Shown: positions 13,940-26,969 of the stretch, piece by piece
Numbering within the stretch: position 1 is the first letter of the stretch
Layout of the letters: the number at the start of each line of letters is the position of its first letter
Assembly: GCA_951406725.2 (NCBI GenBank)
Contig: OX597814.1
Location: forward strand, 123,752,001-123,816,000
DNA: 64,000 bases
From: Octopus vulgaris
Lineage: Eukaryota
Direction of reading: 5' to 3'
Program-made: the position numbers and the translations under genes
The notes under the pieces: generated by a model
What the model saw: the letters and a program-made list of their open reading frames with translations, nothing else
What the model was told of the DNA's origin: nothing
The model's database searches: none

Positions 13940-14105
13940 TCATCATCCTCAACATCATCATCATTTACTGTCTGTTTTCCATGCCTGCACAGGCTGGATG
14001 GGTTGACAGATGCTGGCCTGCCAGAAAGCTGACCAGGCTTCAATTCTGTGTTTTGGCATGGTTTTTAAGGTTGGACACCCTTCCTAAAGCTGACCACTTT
14101 ATAGA

Positions 14106-14434
14106 GTGTACTAGTTGCTTTTTATGTGGCCCAGCTTATATATTTTACTTGTCTCAGTCATTGGACTGTGGCCATGCTGGGGCACTGGTTCTAAAGGATT
14201 TAGTCAAACAAACTGACTCCAATATTTATGTTTTTTTTAAGCCTGATACTTATTCTATATATGTCTTTTTGTGTACTAGTTGCTTTTTATGTGGCCCAGC
14301 TTATATATTTTACTTGTCTCAGTCATTGGACTGTGGCCATGCTGGGGCACTGGTTCTAAAGGATTTAGTCAAACAAACTGACTCCAATATTTATGTTTTT
14401 TTTCAGCCTGATACTTATTCTATATATGTCTTTT
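14106..14434. repeat. 165-bp near-perfect tandem duplication
   Basis: gtgtactagttgc...tatatgtcttttt at 14106 and 14271. Confidence 0.95.
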
Positions 14435-14532
14435 TGGACCATGCCGCTAAGTTACAGGGATATAAACAAACCAACACTGGTTGGTTGTCAAGCACAAACA
14501 AAAAGACATGCTAAAATATATACATATACCAT

Positions 14533-14563
<31 letters not shown>

Positions 14564-14767
14564 TGATAATGTTTTGGTTTCCATTTACCAAATCCACTTT
14601 CACAAGGCTTTGGTTGGCCCAAGGCTATAATAGGAGAGAACCCAAACCATATGGTTCTGATGCAAAATTCCCATCACATATCATACCTGCTATAAATACA
14701 TCTATACATACATACATACATACATACATACATACATACATACATACATACATACATACATAAATAC

Positions 14768-14931
14768 ACGCAGGAGCGGCTGTGTGGTAAGTAGCCTGTT
14801 TACCAACCATATGGTTCCGGGTTCATTCCCACTGCATGGCACCTTGGGCAAGTATCTTCTACTATAGCCTTGGGCTGACCAAAGCCTTGTGAGTGGATTT
14901 GGTAGACAGAAACTGAAAGAAGCCCGTCATA

Positions 14932-14968
<37 letters not shown>

Positions 14969-15192
14969 GAGTGTATATGTTTGTGTGTCTGTGTTTGTCC
15001 CCCAAACATCGCTTGACAATCGATGGTGGTGTGTTTACATCCCTGTAACTTAGTGGTTCGGCAAAAGAGAACGATAAAATAAGTACTAGGCTTACAAAGA
15101 ATAAGTCCTGGGGTCGATTTCCTTGACTAAAGGTGGTGCTCCAGCATAGCCACAGTCAAATGACTGAAACAAGTAAAGGAGAGTAAAAGAGA
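14768..15192 (+). mobile_element. Full-length SINE family A
   Basis: cgcaggagcggctgtgtggtaag...gaaacaagtaaaggagag. Confidence 0.9.
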
Positions 15193-15649
15193 ATACATAC
15201 CTACAAAACACACACACATATATATACCATATATACTCGAGAAATGGTTGATCTCATGTAAAAGTTAACTCCCTATTTTTGGTTAAATAATTAAGTATTT
15301 TCCATAGACCCGGTATAAAAATCAACCCTAGTATTTCATGAACAACAGGACAACATTTGTGGGCCAAGGTACCGTATTATAGAAATAGCACTGTCACAAA
15401 ATTGTGTGGCTATCTTACTGTAGCCTGCTCTATAGGTGGAAAGCTTAGTGCTTACAATTGAATGCTCAGTGCTCATAGTAAAATACTATTTAATAGTGAG
15501 CACTACGCATCTGTTGATGGGAGCTACATTACCATTACTAAAATGCATGCACAGGATATGCTGCAAGCCTTGCATACATCTTGAAGCACAATAAACACAT
15601 GCATCATACTCGTTGTTGTTTAGATAGTGAGAAATGTGTTTCATAAAAA

Positions 15650-16097
15650 GCGGCGAGCTGGCAGAAACATTAGCACACCGGGCAAAATGCTTTGCGGTAT
15701 TTTGTCTGTCTTTTACGTTCTGAGTTCAAATTCTGCCGAGGTCGACTTTACCTTTCATCCTTTTGGGGTCGATTAAATAAGTACCAGTTATGCACTGGGG
15801 TTGATATAATCGACTTAATCCGTTTGTCTGTCCTTGTTTGTCCCCTCTGTGTGTAACCCCTTGTGGGCAGTAAAAAAATAAGAAATGTTAGCACGCTGGG
15901 CAAAATACTTTGTGGTATTTTGTCTGTCTTTACATTCTGAGTTCAAATTCTGCCGAGGTCAATTTTGCCTTTCATCCTTTTAGGGTCAATAAATTAAGTA
16001 CCAGTTATGCACTGGGGTCAATGTAATCAACTTAATCCCTTTGTCTGTCCTTGTTTGTCCCCTCTATGTTTAGCCCCTTGTGGGCAATAAATAAATA
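15650..16097 (+). mobile_element. SINE family B dimer with 14-bp TSD
   Basis: TSD agaaatgtgtttca at 15630-15643 and 16098-16111. Confidence 0.9.
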
Positions 16098-16173
16098 AGA
16101 AATGTGTTTCACAGACAACACTATTGACAAACACTGGCAAACACCACTGTCTAAATTCATGCAAAGGCATGAC

Positions 16174-17076
16174 AGATCTTTTCAGTTTGGTTGCCAGTGG
16201 CTCCAAAAATTAAAGTTTACCAAAAATTTTAATTTGGCATAATAATACACTTGCCCAAACTGAATTGCTGGACATTATTCACATTATTTCCATTATTTAC
16301 ATTCGACAGATATTTGTCCTCATCTTGTTTGTTGTTAATACAACGTTTCAGCTGATATACCCTCCAGCCTTCATCAGGTCAAATATCCGTCGAATGTAAA
16401 TAATGTAAATAATGTACATAATTCTTCATCTCTTAAATATAGAACTGAATTGCTGGAGTTATTTAATTTTTTCCAGAAAAATGTTTTAAAAAAGTTATAG
16501 AGGTTTAAGATTGGATCATTTTCACCCAGTCAGGAAACAGGATTTGGAAGCTGTTATTTTGTGCTTGACTGCACATTTTGTCGTCAACATCATAAAAATA
16601 GCACATGTTGTCAAGATTTGTAAACAACACATGTTACGTCTCTGGTAATTTTCTTTCATGTAAATAAATGTTTATATTAATTACAAAATTTGCCAGCAAA
16701 ATCTTTTAAAATGATGATGTTCCAAATGATATACCATGCTTCCTCGCAAATAAAAGACTTTTCAAAGACTGCTGTCAACACATGCTTCCTCACAGACTTT
16801 TCAAAGACCGTTACTATGGCAACAAGCAAATGAGTTCTCATGTTTCCGTTTGTTACTATTGAAGCAGACATGAATGTGTCTGTGGCCTACGATTGGCTAA
16901 AATTACCAAAATGTTCAAACTTTAATTACTAATAACTCTTTATTTATTGATTTATAGCTAAAATTACTTTCACATCATTAATTAGCCTATAAAAGTGTAT
17001 CATTACACTGAATATGAAATCAATTCAAACAGAAACTTGATGCTGGAAGCCGCTGGCAACCAAACAGAAAAGATCC
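16174..17076. mobile_element. Non-autonomous TIR element with 8-bp TSD (Merlin-like)
   Basis: ~32-bp TIRs (a/g)gatcttttc.gtttggttgccag.ggct; TSD (g/a)gcatgac at 16166-16173 and 17077-17084; empty site ggcatgac|tt seen in the paralogous repeat near 17273. Confidence 0.8.
16273..16442 (-). mobile_element. 170-bp hammerhead-containing mini-element with 15-bp TSD
   Basis: TSD aactgaattgctgga at 16258-16272 and 16443-16457; internal 36-bp inverted repeats; minus strand CTGATGA AGGCTG...CAGCT GAAAC GTT. Confidence 0.8.
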
Positions 17077-17786
17077 AGCATGACTTTGATAAGCCTAAAC
17101 ACATTCAATTAATTGCTAGATCAGTGGTTCCTATGTGACTTTTATATTTTCCTCATCTCCATGTACAAGAAACACATATTATACGCTCGTCTATTTACAT
17201 GGCGAGAAACATGTTTCACAGATAGCACTGTCGAAGAACAACAACAAACACCACTGTATGAATTCGTACAGAGGCATGACTTCGGTAAGCCTAAAAACAT
17301 TTAATTAAACACTAGATCAGTGTCTCCTATGGAATCCTTCAACATTTTTTGCCATGGAACCATTCAACATTATTTTTAAAAACATCAAACCCCTGATAAC
17401 TTTCAGGGAACCCCGGGGTTTTGCAGGACACATTTTGGGAATCCCTGCTCCAGATTCACAACTCTACACTACATTATGGACATTTACTGGTAACTGCGCA
17501 TGAGAGCGACAGTCTTGATTATAGGTTTCATTATTTACTAGGACACATGTTTTGTTGTATAGAATTGGCAATATTATTATAATTCATTGTGTTTTTGTTT
17601 TTATTCACTTAGAGATCAGTTGGGCTTCTGTTGCTGATATGGTAGATCATTCAAGCTTGAATTTTAGCCCCACAAAAGTAGTATCCATGTAATAGTTGAG
17701 CCCATCAATTTGACCTTAAAAAATGGTCTAAAAAGTTCGACTTTTACATGAGTATATACAGTATATATGTTATATGTATGTATGTA

Positions 17787-18020
17787 TTCTTTTATTTTTT
17801 TACTTGTTTCAGTCATTTGACTGTGGCCATGCTGGAGCACCACCTTTAGTCGAACAAATCAACCCCAGAAATTACACTTTGTAAGCCTAGTACTTATTCT
17901 ATCAATCTCTTTTGCCGAACCACTAAGTTACGGGGATGTAAACACTCCAACATCAGTTGTCAAGTGATGGTGGTGGGGGGCTCAAACACAGACACACAAA
18001 TACATACATGCATACATACA

Positions 18021-18056
<36 letters not shown>

Positions 18057-18267
18057 TATAAGAATTTTTTGCGTAATGAGATAAAAAAAAAAAACCAAGG
18101 CTGTATAGATATTAGAGCATTTATAGATAGAAGGTCTTACAGCTGTTTCTAAGATATTAATTAATAATATCCCTTCATCGGAGACTGTGTGAGAGGAAAT
18201 TAAGTCATAGATAGTTTAGATGTGATACAACTAGAGAGTGAGGTGGAGGAAAGAAAATAGATGTAAG

Positions 18268-18335
<68 letters not shown>

Positions 18336-18492
18336 GATGAGCATCTTTCAGTTTCTGTCTACCAAATCCACTCACGAGGCTTTGATTGGCCTTAGGTTAT
18401 AGTAGAAGACACTTGCTCAAGGTGCCAGTGGAACTGAACCTGGAACCTTGTAGTTTGGAAGCAAGCTTCTTATCACACAACCACTCCTGTGC
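17787..18492 (-). mobile_element. SINE family A with a foreign insert in its internal microsatellite
   Basis: Tail half at 17787-18000 and head half at 18333-18492, separated by unrelated sequence carrying a hammerhead motif. Confidence 0.8.
18133..18186 (-). ncRNA. Type I hammerhead ribozyme motif (U4C core variant)
   Basis: Minus strand GTCT CCGATGA AGGGATATT ATTAATT AATATCTT A GAAAC AGCT GTA AGAC; stems I, II and III all pair. Confidence 0.75.
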
Positions 18493-18704
18493 CAACCACT
18501 TAGCAGAGTGTGGTGTGTGCTTTTTAATTGCCACCAGCATCCATTTAGTTTCATTTGAGCAAACACCTCATAATGTGCACTTGTAAGCTCCCATGCATTT
18601 TGTTCACCAGCACATATTAATTCCATCTCCTGCGTTAATCCACTGTTATGGGTATATGTGTGGAACTCCTTTCTGCTTAGGATTAATATAACAGTCACAA
18701 TAAT

Positions 18705-18993
18705 AACATGAGGATGGAAATTGATAGGTTTAATTACGCATCATAACATATGTTTCTACATCACACACCATAGTTAGATTGCAATTTCCATATTCATATA
18801 AAATTATTTAAGAATACTCTCAATAATTATGTACTTGAATACTTTTTTTTAGCTCCGTTGTTAGTGTAGATGCTTAAACTTAAATGATATTATACAAATA
18901 TGAATATTGCAACCTAATGATGGTGATGGTGTGTGATGTAGAATCATATGTTTTGGTGCATAATTAAAGCCTATGAATTGACATCCTTATGTT
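18705..18993. repeat. Diverged inverted repeat (arms about 110 bp) with a degenerate hammerhead relic
   Basis: aacatgaggatg...catcacacacca pairs with tggtgtgtgatg...catccttatgtt; relics CTAATGA and GAAAC ATAT GTT. Confidence 0.65.
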
Positions 18994-19672
18994 GGTAAAC
19001 TGGCAGAATCATTAGCATGCTGGGCAAAATGCTTAGCAGTATTTCGTCTGTCCTTACATTCTGAGTTCAAATTCCACTGAGGTCAGTGTTATCTTTCATC
19101 CTTATGGGGTTGATAAAATAAGTACCATTTGAGTATGGAGGTCGATGTAATCCATTTATCCTCTCTTTGAAACTGCTGGCCTTGTGCCAAAATTTGAAAT
19201 CATTATAGTTATTACTATAATAATAATAGTAATTATTATTATTATTATTATTATTATTGTATAACCACACACTGTCTCCCACACATTCAGGCTTGTCCTT
19301 TTAGTGGTACTTAAAAAGCACCAGTGCTGCACGAGTACACCCATGCTGGTGGCAATTAAAAAGCCACACTGCTAAGTGGCTGGCATTAGGAAGGGCATCC
19401 AGCCATAAAAACCATACCAGATATATAACCATGTATACATATATACATGTAATTAGCTTGTATACATGTATGAATGTATTATGTATTTGATACAAGGGAA
19501 TTATTGTATAAGCACTTTCACTGACTGCAGTTTTTCAAACACACTTAGTGTGTTTGAAAAGCTGAATGCTGTGAAAGTCTTTACACAAAAACTTCCTTAC
19601 ATCAGGATTGTATACTATTTTATATATATATATGCACACACACACACTACAACACACACACACACACACACA

Positions 19673-21340
19673 TATGGACAAGGTGTAGAAAGGGTCATAG
19701 CTCAATTAATTAGGAAGAGAGTTAGCTTAGATGAGATGCAGTTCAGATTTGTACCAGGGAGAAACACCACTAATGTGATCTTCCTGGTGAGAAATACTTG
19801 GCCAAAAATAAATCCCTGTTTTTGGCTTTTGTTGATAAGTAGAAAGCCTTTAATAGAGTCCCCTGCTCCCTTGTCTGGTGATAGGGAGAGATGAGTGGAT
19901 AGTAAGAGATGTACAAGCATATACAGGAATGCTGTTAGTTAGGTGAGAGTTACCAATGAGTATATCAAGGAGTTTGGTGTACAAGTAGGAGTACACCAGG
20001 GTTCAGTTCTTAGCCACTTCTTATTTATAATGGTCCTCCAAGCCATAACTGAGGGATTTAAGACTGGCTACCCTTGGGAGCTCCTCTATGTCAATGACCT
20101 TGTTCTTATTACTGAATCACTACCAGAACTCGGGAACAAATTTCAGGTATGGAAGCAAGGTGTGAAATCAAAGGGCCTTCAAGTCAATCTAGCAAAGACC
20201 AAAGTATTGATAAGCAGGAAAACAGACAAACTGCTGATCCCTTCAGGGAGATGGGCCTGCTCAGTATGTCAAAAAGGTGTCAGTAGGAACTCCATATGGT
20301 GTACCCAGTGCAAGCTATGGACACATAAGAGGTGCAGCAGTATCACTGGATGACTAATGGAGAAAGTAGTCTCTACATGTGACAGATGTGCAGGTACATT
20401 AAACACCAGGAATGTACAAAAAATAAACTCCCTCATATGCCAGGGGGGATCTCAGAAGTAGTAGACAGTTTCTGTTACTTAGGTGACCAAGTTAGTAGTA
20501 GGGGTGGTTGTTCTGAATGCATAGCTGCTAGAATAAGAACAGGCTGGCAAAGTTCAGAGAGCTACTACCTCTGTTAGTAATGAAGGGTCTCTCCCTCAGA
20601 GTGAAAGGCAGATTGTATGATACCTGTGTATGAACAGCTATGCTACATGGCAGTGAGACATGGGCTGTGACTACTGAGGATATCTGAAGACTTGAAAGAA
20701 ATGAAGCCCGTATGCTCTGCTGGATGGGTAATGTCAGTGTGCATGCATAACAGAGTGTAAGTGATTTGAGAGAAAAACTGGGCATAAAAGGTATCAGATG
20801 TGATACGTAAGAGAGAAGACTGCACTGGTATGGTCATGTGATGCATATAGATGAGGACAGTTGCACCAAGAGGTGTCAATCTCTAATTGTAGAGGGAACA
20901 TGCAGAAGAGGTTGACCCAGGAATATGTGGGACTAAGTGGTGAGAATGGATCTAAAGATGCTGAGACTTGCAGAGGGGATGACTGAGACCCAAGACTCCT
21001 AGCCATTTGCTGTACTTGAAAAGACATGTTGAGCTGAGTATAAGCATGGTTGCCTTTGCATACAGGCTCATCCCCTACAACCCTTTCCAGCTGAGCATCC
21101 CTAATCTTGCAGGCTCATAGGTGCTGGTGCCGTGCAAAAAAACACCCATACTGGAGCTGCATAAAAGCACCCCATACACTCTGTAAAGGTGCTGGCATTA
21201 GGAAGGGCATCCAGCTGTAGAACCCATGCCAAAACAGGCATAAAGCCTGAACAGCCCTTCAGATGTCAAACTGTCTAATCGATGCCAGCACGGTAAACAG
21301 ATGTTAAGAGATGATGATGATGACGATGATGACGATAATG
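19673..21340 (+). mobile_element. 5'-truncated decayed RTE LINE (RT, PHD-like finger, C-terminus, 3'UTR, GAT tail)
   Basis: VGVHQGSVLSHFLF, ELLYVNDLVL, CSVC..CTQC..HKRC; same family as 57867-61289. Confidence 0.92.
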
Positions 21341-22300
21341 ATGATTATGATGATGGTGATTGTGTATTGTAAATATAGTATGTATTGACTGTGATTGCAC
21401 TCCTGTTATTTTGAAGATACTGAGTTATGATAGGGATTTATCTCCCATGTTACATCATGTTTGGATGTAGAGATTCACACTACTTGTGCACGCACATATA
21501 CATACAATGACATATATTCATCCATGTACATGCTAAATATCAAATGTTTAAAGGATTGAAAGATAGATAGATAGAGAGTGAGAGATAGAGATAGTGACAG
21601 ACAAAGAGAGAAAGAGAGAGAAGAGAGAGTGAGAGAGAAAGAGAGCAAGAGAGGGAGAGAGAATGAGTGAGTGAATGTGTAAAGACTAGGTAAATACAAG
21701 AGAAGGAGTGGAATGAAGAAAGAAGAAAAGGAAAAAAAATGTTTTGGAAAAAGGCTGGAAAAGTGTAAATTTCTGAAGGCATTGGTAAAGCCGGGGGAAA
21801 ATCTACATATATCTGAAGATGTATATAGAGCAAGGAGCATAATAAACAAAAACGGGGAATATTATGTTGCATATGTCCAGTGTCTGAATGTAAATTTTCT
21901 CATGTTGAAGCAGTGGGTGAAGATATCCATATTAACCTTGAAATAAAAGTTTGGCTTCGTTGATTTTTGTAAATTCTTAGAATTGTGTTCTTTTGTGTTA
22001 TGTAGGATGTACATCCCTTGGTAGCATTCATGAACGGTCTCGATTTTTTATGGATCTTTCAGCTGATGTAAAAGCCTGACATGTGTGTATGTCTGTGTGG
22101 AGAGAGAGAAAAAGAGAGAGTAAGTGAAAGAGAGAGAGAGGAGAGAGAGAGAGAGCAAGAATAATTTTCTATTGCTTTTAATACTTAATCTTTTGTTAAT
22201 CTAGGATGAATTATTTCAAATTATGAAAGGAAACTGGAGTGTAGGTCATATATTATTCTCTATGTTTTGTATGAAATTACTGCTTACCTGGACTGATTTA

Positions 22301-22416
<116 letters not shown>

Positions 22417-22599
22417 CGCTACTATCTTTGAGAAAAGTTTGGTTAGGACAGTTCAATTTCATTTTGATCTATACAAATATATTTTGTTCCAGTGGGAAAG
22501 ACTTTCTAAGCTATCGGCTCCGATAAAGAACATGTCAGCTATAATATTGTCATTTTCATGTTATCTAGGACTCTTATCAACTGAAGTCTTGCAATATCA

Positions 22600-22674
22600 T
22601 TGTTATCTATCTATCTATCTATTTCCCATTCTCTCGCTCCCTTTCTCTCTATCTATCTTTCCATCCATCCATCC

Positions 22675-22725
<51 letters not shown>

Positions 22726-22857
22726 CATTCTCTCTCTTTCTCTTTCTCTTTCTCTCTCTCTCTCTCTCTGTCTATCTATCACTCTCTATGTCTATCTATC
22801 ACTCTCTATGTCTATCTCTTTCTCTCCTTATCTATCTATCTATCTATCTATCTATCA

Positions 22858-22912
<55 letters not shown>

Positions 22913-22917
22913 CATCC

Positions 22918-22981
<64 letters not shown>

Positions 22982-23160
22982 CTCTCTCTATCTATCTCTC
23001 TATTCTCTCTCTGTCTATCTTTCCATGTATGTATGTATATATGTATGTATGTATGTATCTATCTATCTATCTATCTATGTATGTATGTATGTATCTATCT
23101 ATCTATCTATCTACCAATTCTCTATCTATCTCTATCTATCTATCTACCTATCTATCTATA
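22600..23160. repeat. (TCTA)n/(TC)n microsatellite block
   Basis: Direct reading. Confidence 0.95.
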
Positions 23161-23515
23161 AATCAATACATATATACATAGGTACACACAAACACACACA
23201 CAGAGGCAAATTTATCTTTATTGTTAGTGTGACACAGGAAGGGAATTCTGACATTTCAAGCAGAGCTAATTTTATCCATTTTCCTCCATCCCACTAATTC
23301 ACATTACATCCCCCCACCACCACACAGAAAAGACTTTTGTTTTTCCGTAAACTGACTATAAGACATAATGGTATAACAATCTTTGTGAATTATTAAATTC
23401 AATAGATGCCAACATATTAGCCTCATGGTGTGGACAAGTCAACACACACACACACACACACACACACTCATGAGATTTCATGTATGAAATATTGGTCTAT
23501 TTCCCAACACCTTTT

Positions 23516-23555
<40 letters not shown>

Positions 23556-24059
23556 TTTACAGCTGTTGTTTACATATTATTTCTCAATCTTGACCATAAT
23601 AGGAATCTTGTTACAGGTGAACCATATTTGAACCATACTTGTATACATGCATTTAACCAATGCTGGACTCCCTCCAATAGTCACTTGGCCTGTTAGAAAC
23701 AGCAGCAAGATATTTCTCAATTGACATCTTATCATTTTTAAGAAAAGGGAAGAACATATTAGATAATGGAAATCGTAGATATGCCACTAAAAAAACCAGA
23801 TGGTCACAGATGCAACGCCTTTGATAATTGCTCTCCTTGAACAGGTCTGTCCAGGAGCTAAACAACAACAGTATATAAAAAAATCAATGAGTTTATACGT
23901 CTAATGAACTAGAAAAACAATTCTAATTAATTAAAACCCACCACCTATTACCCAGCAAGTTAACATTTCCCATGGCCAGGAACAAAGAAGTTGTTTATCA
24001 TCTCAATGTAATGTTTGTAGTTCACAATAACATTTCCATTATTGTCTTAAAAAAAAGTA

Positions 24060-24815
24060 AGGACCAATGGTGACAGCTTTTCCAACAGCACACTGGACTG
24101 TCACTTTTGGGCTGTGTAGTGGTCTTTCGTACAGTTCTCTCGGATTTTTAGGGGCACAATAACGATGGTTCTGTTGATTTACCATACCATTGAGATGAAA
24201 ATGAGCTTAATCACTCATTAACAAAATGAGGTTGTCATTTGCCTCAAAAATTACTTCCATCTAATGTGCAAAGTTAAGCCGCTGTGCATAGTCCCATGGT
24301 TTCAACTGTTGCCCAGTGACCAATTTGTACGGGTGGAAATGCAGGTCTTCATGCAAAATATGCCTTACCAATTGATTACTGATGCCAAGTTCAGTGGAAT
24401 GACTCTGAGTAGAGCGATTCGGACTCTGTATCAAAGCTTGTCTGATGCGTTCTACATTTTCCAGGGTCCAAACCATTCGTGGTGGCCCTACTAGTCTCCT
24501 ATTCATTAGTGTACTTTGTGTACAAAGTGCATTCACCCAACGTAAGATTGTGTTATGGGTGGGAACAGCCTGATTTTTGTGAATGTAGAAGTGGTGCCAA
24601 AAATCATACTGAACTGCTGTGACAGATTTGTTATTCTTCACATAACTGTTGTAGGCAAACACATGTTGCTCTCTCATCCACAGCACCATGGATTCATCTG
24701 AAAAGAAGAAAAAGGTAAAGACAACATGGACCAAATGACACCTGTCAGAAATATGTCCCTCCCACTGGGGCTGAGTAATAGCCCTTTCAAAAACGTCCAT
24801 TCTCTCTGCCCTGCC

Positions 24816-24818
<3 letters not shown>
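24060..24818 (-). mobile_element. Tc1/mariner-superfamily transposase relic (DUF4817-type HTH N-terminus)
   Basis: MVLWMREQHVFAYNSYVKNNKSVTAVQ..VPTHNTILRWV..TLENVERIRQALIQSPNRS..ILHEDLHFHPYKL; later F..SDE-like remnant. Confidence 0.8.
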
Positions 24819-24851
<33 letters not shown>

Positions 24852-25215
24852 CAAGTAAGTTAGGGGTTGTGGATCCAACCCACTAAGGGATAATATTTAT
24901 CCAATATATTGTTGGTATAATACCCAAATTATTAATACACAAGTGTTTTTAATTGCAATGCAATTAACTAACTTATTGTATTAAATGGGTGAAGGTAAAG
25001 AAATATTTTACCATTAATTTATGATACAAATAAGAAAATGGAGAAACAATTTAGTTGGTTCATCAGCTTTTGGATATTAGAATGTTGACTTATTTATTTA
25101 TTTAACAAAAAAGAGAACCTTAATAACATACATATATACATTATAATTCAATACATATAAGATAATAATGCAATTATAAAAACCTTAATATAAATTATTG
25201 AAATCATTAAAATCA

Positions 25216-25340
25216 CTCTTACAGCTGTTTCAGCCTATGGACAAAAGTAGTTTTTCAGTGCCTATAGTTGTCAATTATATTGAGGTTGTTGGCATTTAAA
25301 AATAGGGTACTTATATATAACCATAGGCCTCGTCAGAGAT
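25216..25340 (-). ncRNA. Type I hammerhead motif with ~80-nt insert in stem II
   Basis: Minus strand TCT CTGACGA GGCCTATGG...CCATAGGCT GAAAC AGCT GTA AGA. Confidence 0.75.
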
Positions 25341-25565
25341 TATAAAGAACTTTCAAAATATAAATACATGAAACAGGATACACGTACAATTTAATATATA
25401 TAAATATAAACAAATATCCATATACACATACACACACACATATATATATACACACATAAGCAAAGTATATACACTTTTACATGTGTATAAATACATAAAT
25501 AAGCACAATTAACCAATAAGTCCAAGCAAATAGACCATTCGTCATATGTGTGTGTGTGTGTGTGT

Positions 25566-25890
25566 GTGGCACGTGAAAAAACATTCGAGCGAGGTCGTTG
25601 CCAGTGCTGCTGGACTGGCTCCTGTGCAGGTGGCATGTAAAAAACACCATTTGAGTGTGGCCATTGCCAGTACCGCCTAATTGGCCTTTGTGCCAGTGGC
25701 ACGTAAAAGCACCCACTACACTCTCAGAGTGGTTGGCGTTAGGAAAGGCATCCAGCTGTTGAAATTCTGCCAGATCAGATAGGAACCTGGTGCAGCTATA
25801 TGGTTCGCCAGTCCTCAGTCAAATCGTCCAACCCATGCTAGCATGGAAAGCGGACATAAAACGATGATGATAATGATGATGATGATGATC
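25566..25890 (+). mobile_element. RTE 3'UTR copy (family C)
   Basis: Homologous to 11590-12035, ends in (GAT)n. Confidence 0.9.
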
Positions 25891-26599
25891 TTCTCTATTG
25901 AAATCAGACATTAAATGATGACGATGATGGTGGTGATGGTGATGATGATAATGATGATGATATACACACACACACATACACACATGGATTTCTTTCAGTT
26001 TCCATAAATGGAAACCACACTGAAGGCTTTGGCTGGCCCAGAGCTATAGTCAATGACACTTGCTCAAGGTGCCATGCGTTGCAATTGAACCTGTGACCAC
26101 ATGGCTGGGAAGCAAGCTTCTTAACCACATACCCAGACTTCATACTGAGTAGCAGGAATGAGAGAGAGAGAGGGAGAGAGAAAGAGAGAGACAGAGATTT
26201 TTTTGGTTGCACTGATACCAGACAGAAGATTAAACTATTCTCAATAGTTCTTCATTTGACAAATTTAAGTAGTTTTCTGTATACACATATACAGCTCTGT
26301 TTACTCCATTTTGTCTGATTGATAAAATATAAGAGACACTCAACTTAATGTTTGACTTATTTGGTGTAGGGAGGACGTTCACCTGAATATTGTTTTGAGA
26401 ATAATTTCTTATCTAGAAACTTCTCATCTACAGAAGTGAAGATTGAGGTGAGATTTGATTGCTTTTTCTGTAAGATAAAACAGTGGAATTCCTGCTTTGA
26501 TAAAAACCATACCCTCACTCAACCTGGAAAAAGAAAAGAAACCACCGAGAAACCAAATAAACACATAAGGTTCTCTCACTGATTGGTATGATGTATAAA

Positions 26600-26756
26600 T
26601 GAAGGGGTTCTGAAAAGTTCTTGGCTTTATGGGTATTGTGAAAGGCCGGGTTGGAGGTCCAATCTTCTGAGTTCTTTTACAGGGCTTAGAAAAACTGAAA
26701 GATCACTGCTATAACTGTGTAAATCTAAAAGGGGAATATGTTGAATGAAATTATAT
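26600..26756 (+). mobile_element. Partial mariner-derived MITE
   Basis: gaaggggttctgaaaagttc TIR and CVNLKGEYVE* remnant; inverted relative of 51345-51555. Confidence 0.7.
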
Positions 26757-26969
26757 AATTATTCTAATGTTATAGAGTGTGCAATTTTTACAGATATACT
26801 GACAATATATATATGTACACACAAACACACACACACACATATTGTTGTATTTCGGGATGGTCATTTTTCTCTTTTGCCAAATAAACTGCAGGGACCTTGC
26901 TGAAACTAACAATTGGAACCTGGTGCAGTTCTCTGGCTTGCCAGCTCCTGTCAAACCATCCAACCCATA

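Larger units (their letters stand above)
15227..17761. mobile_element. Tc2/pogo-like non-autonomous element hosting nested insertions
   Basis: TA|ccatatatactcgag at left and gagtatatacag|TA at right; subterminal ctcatgtaaaagt motif inverted at both ends. Confidence 0.5.

Noticed and set aside
21713-21946. 77-aa ORF in unique sequence
   Set aside because: Starts in a purine low-complexity run; no recognisable domain or convincing splice sites
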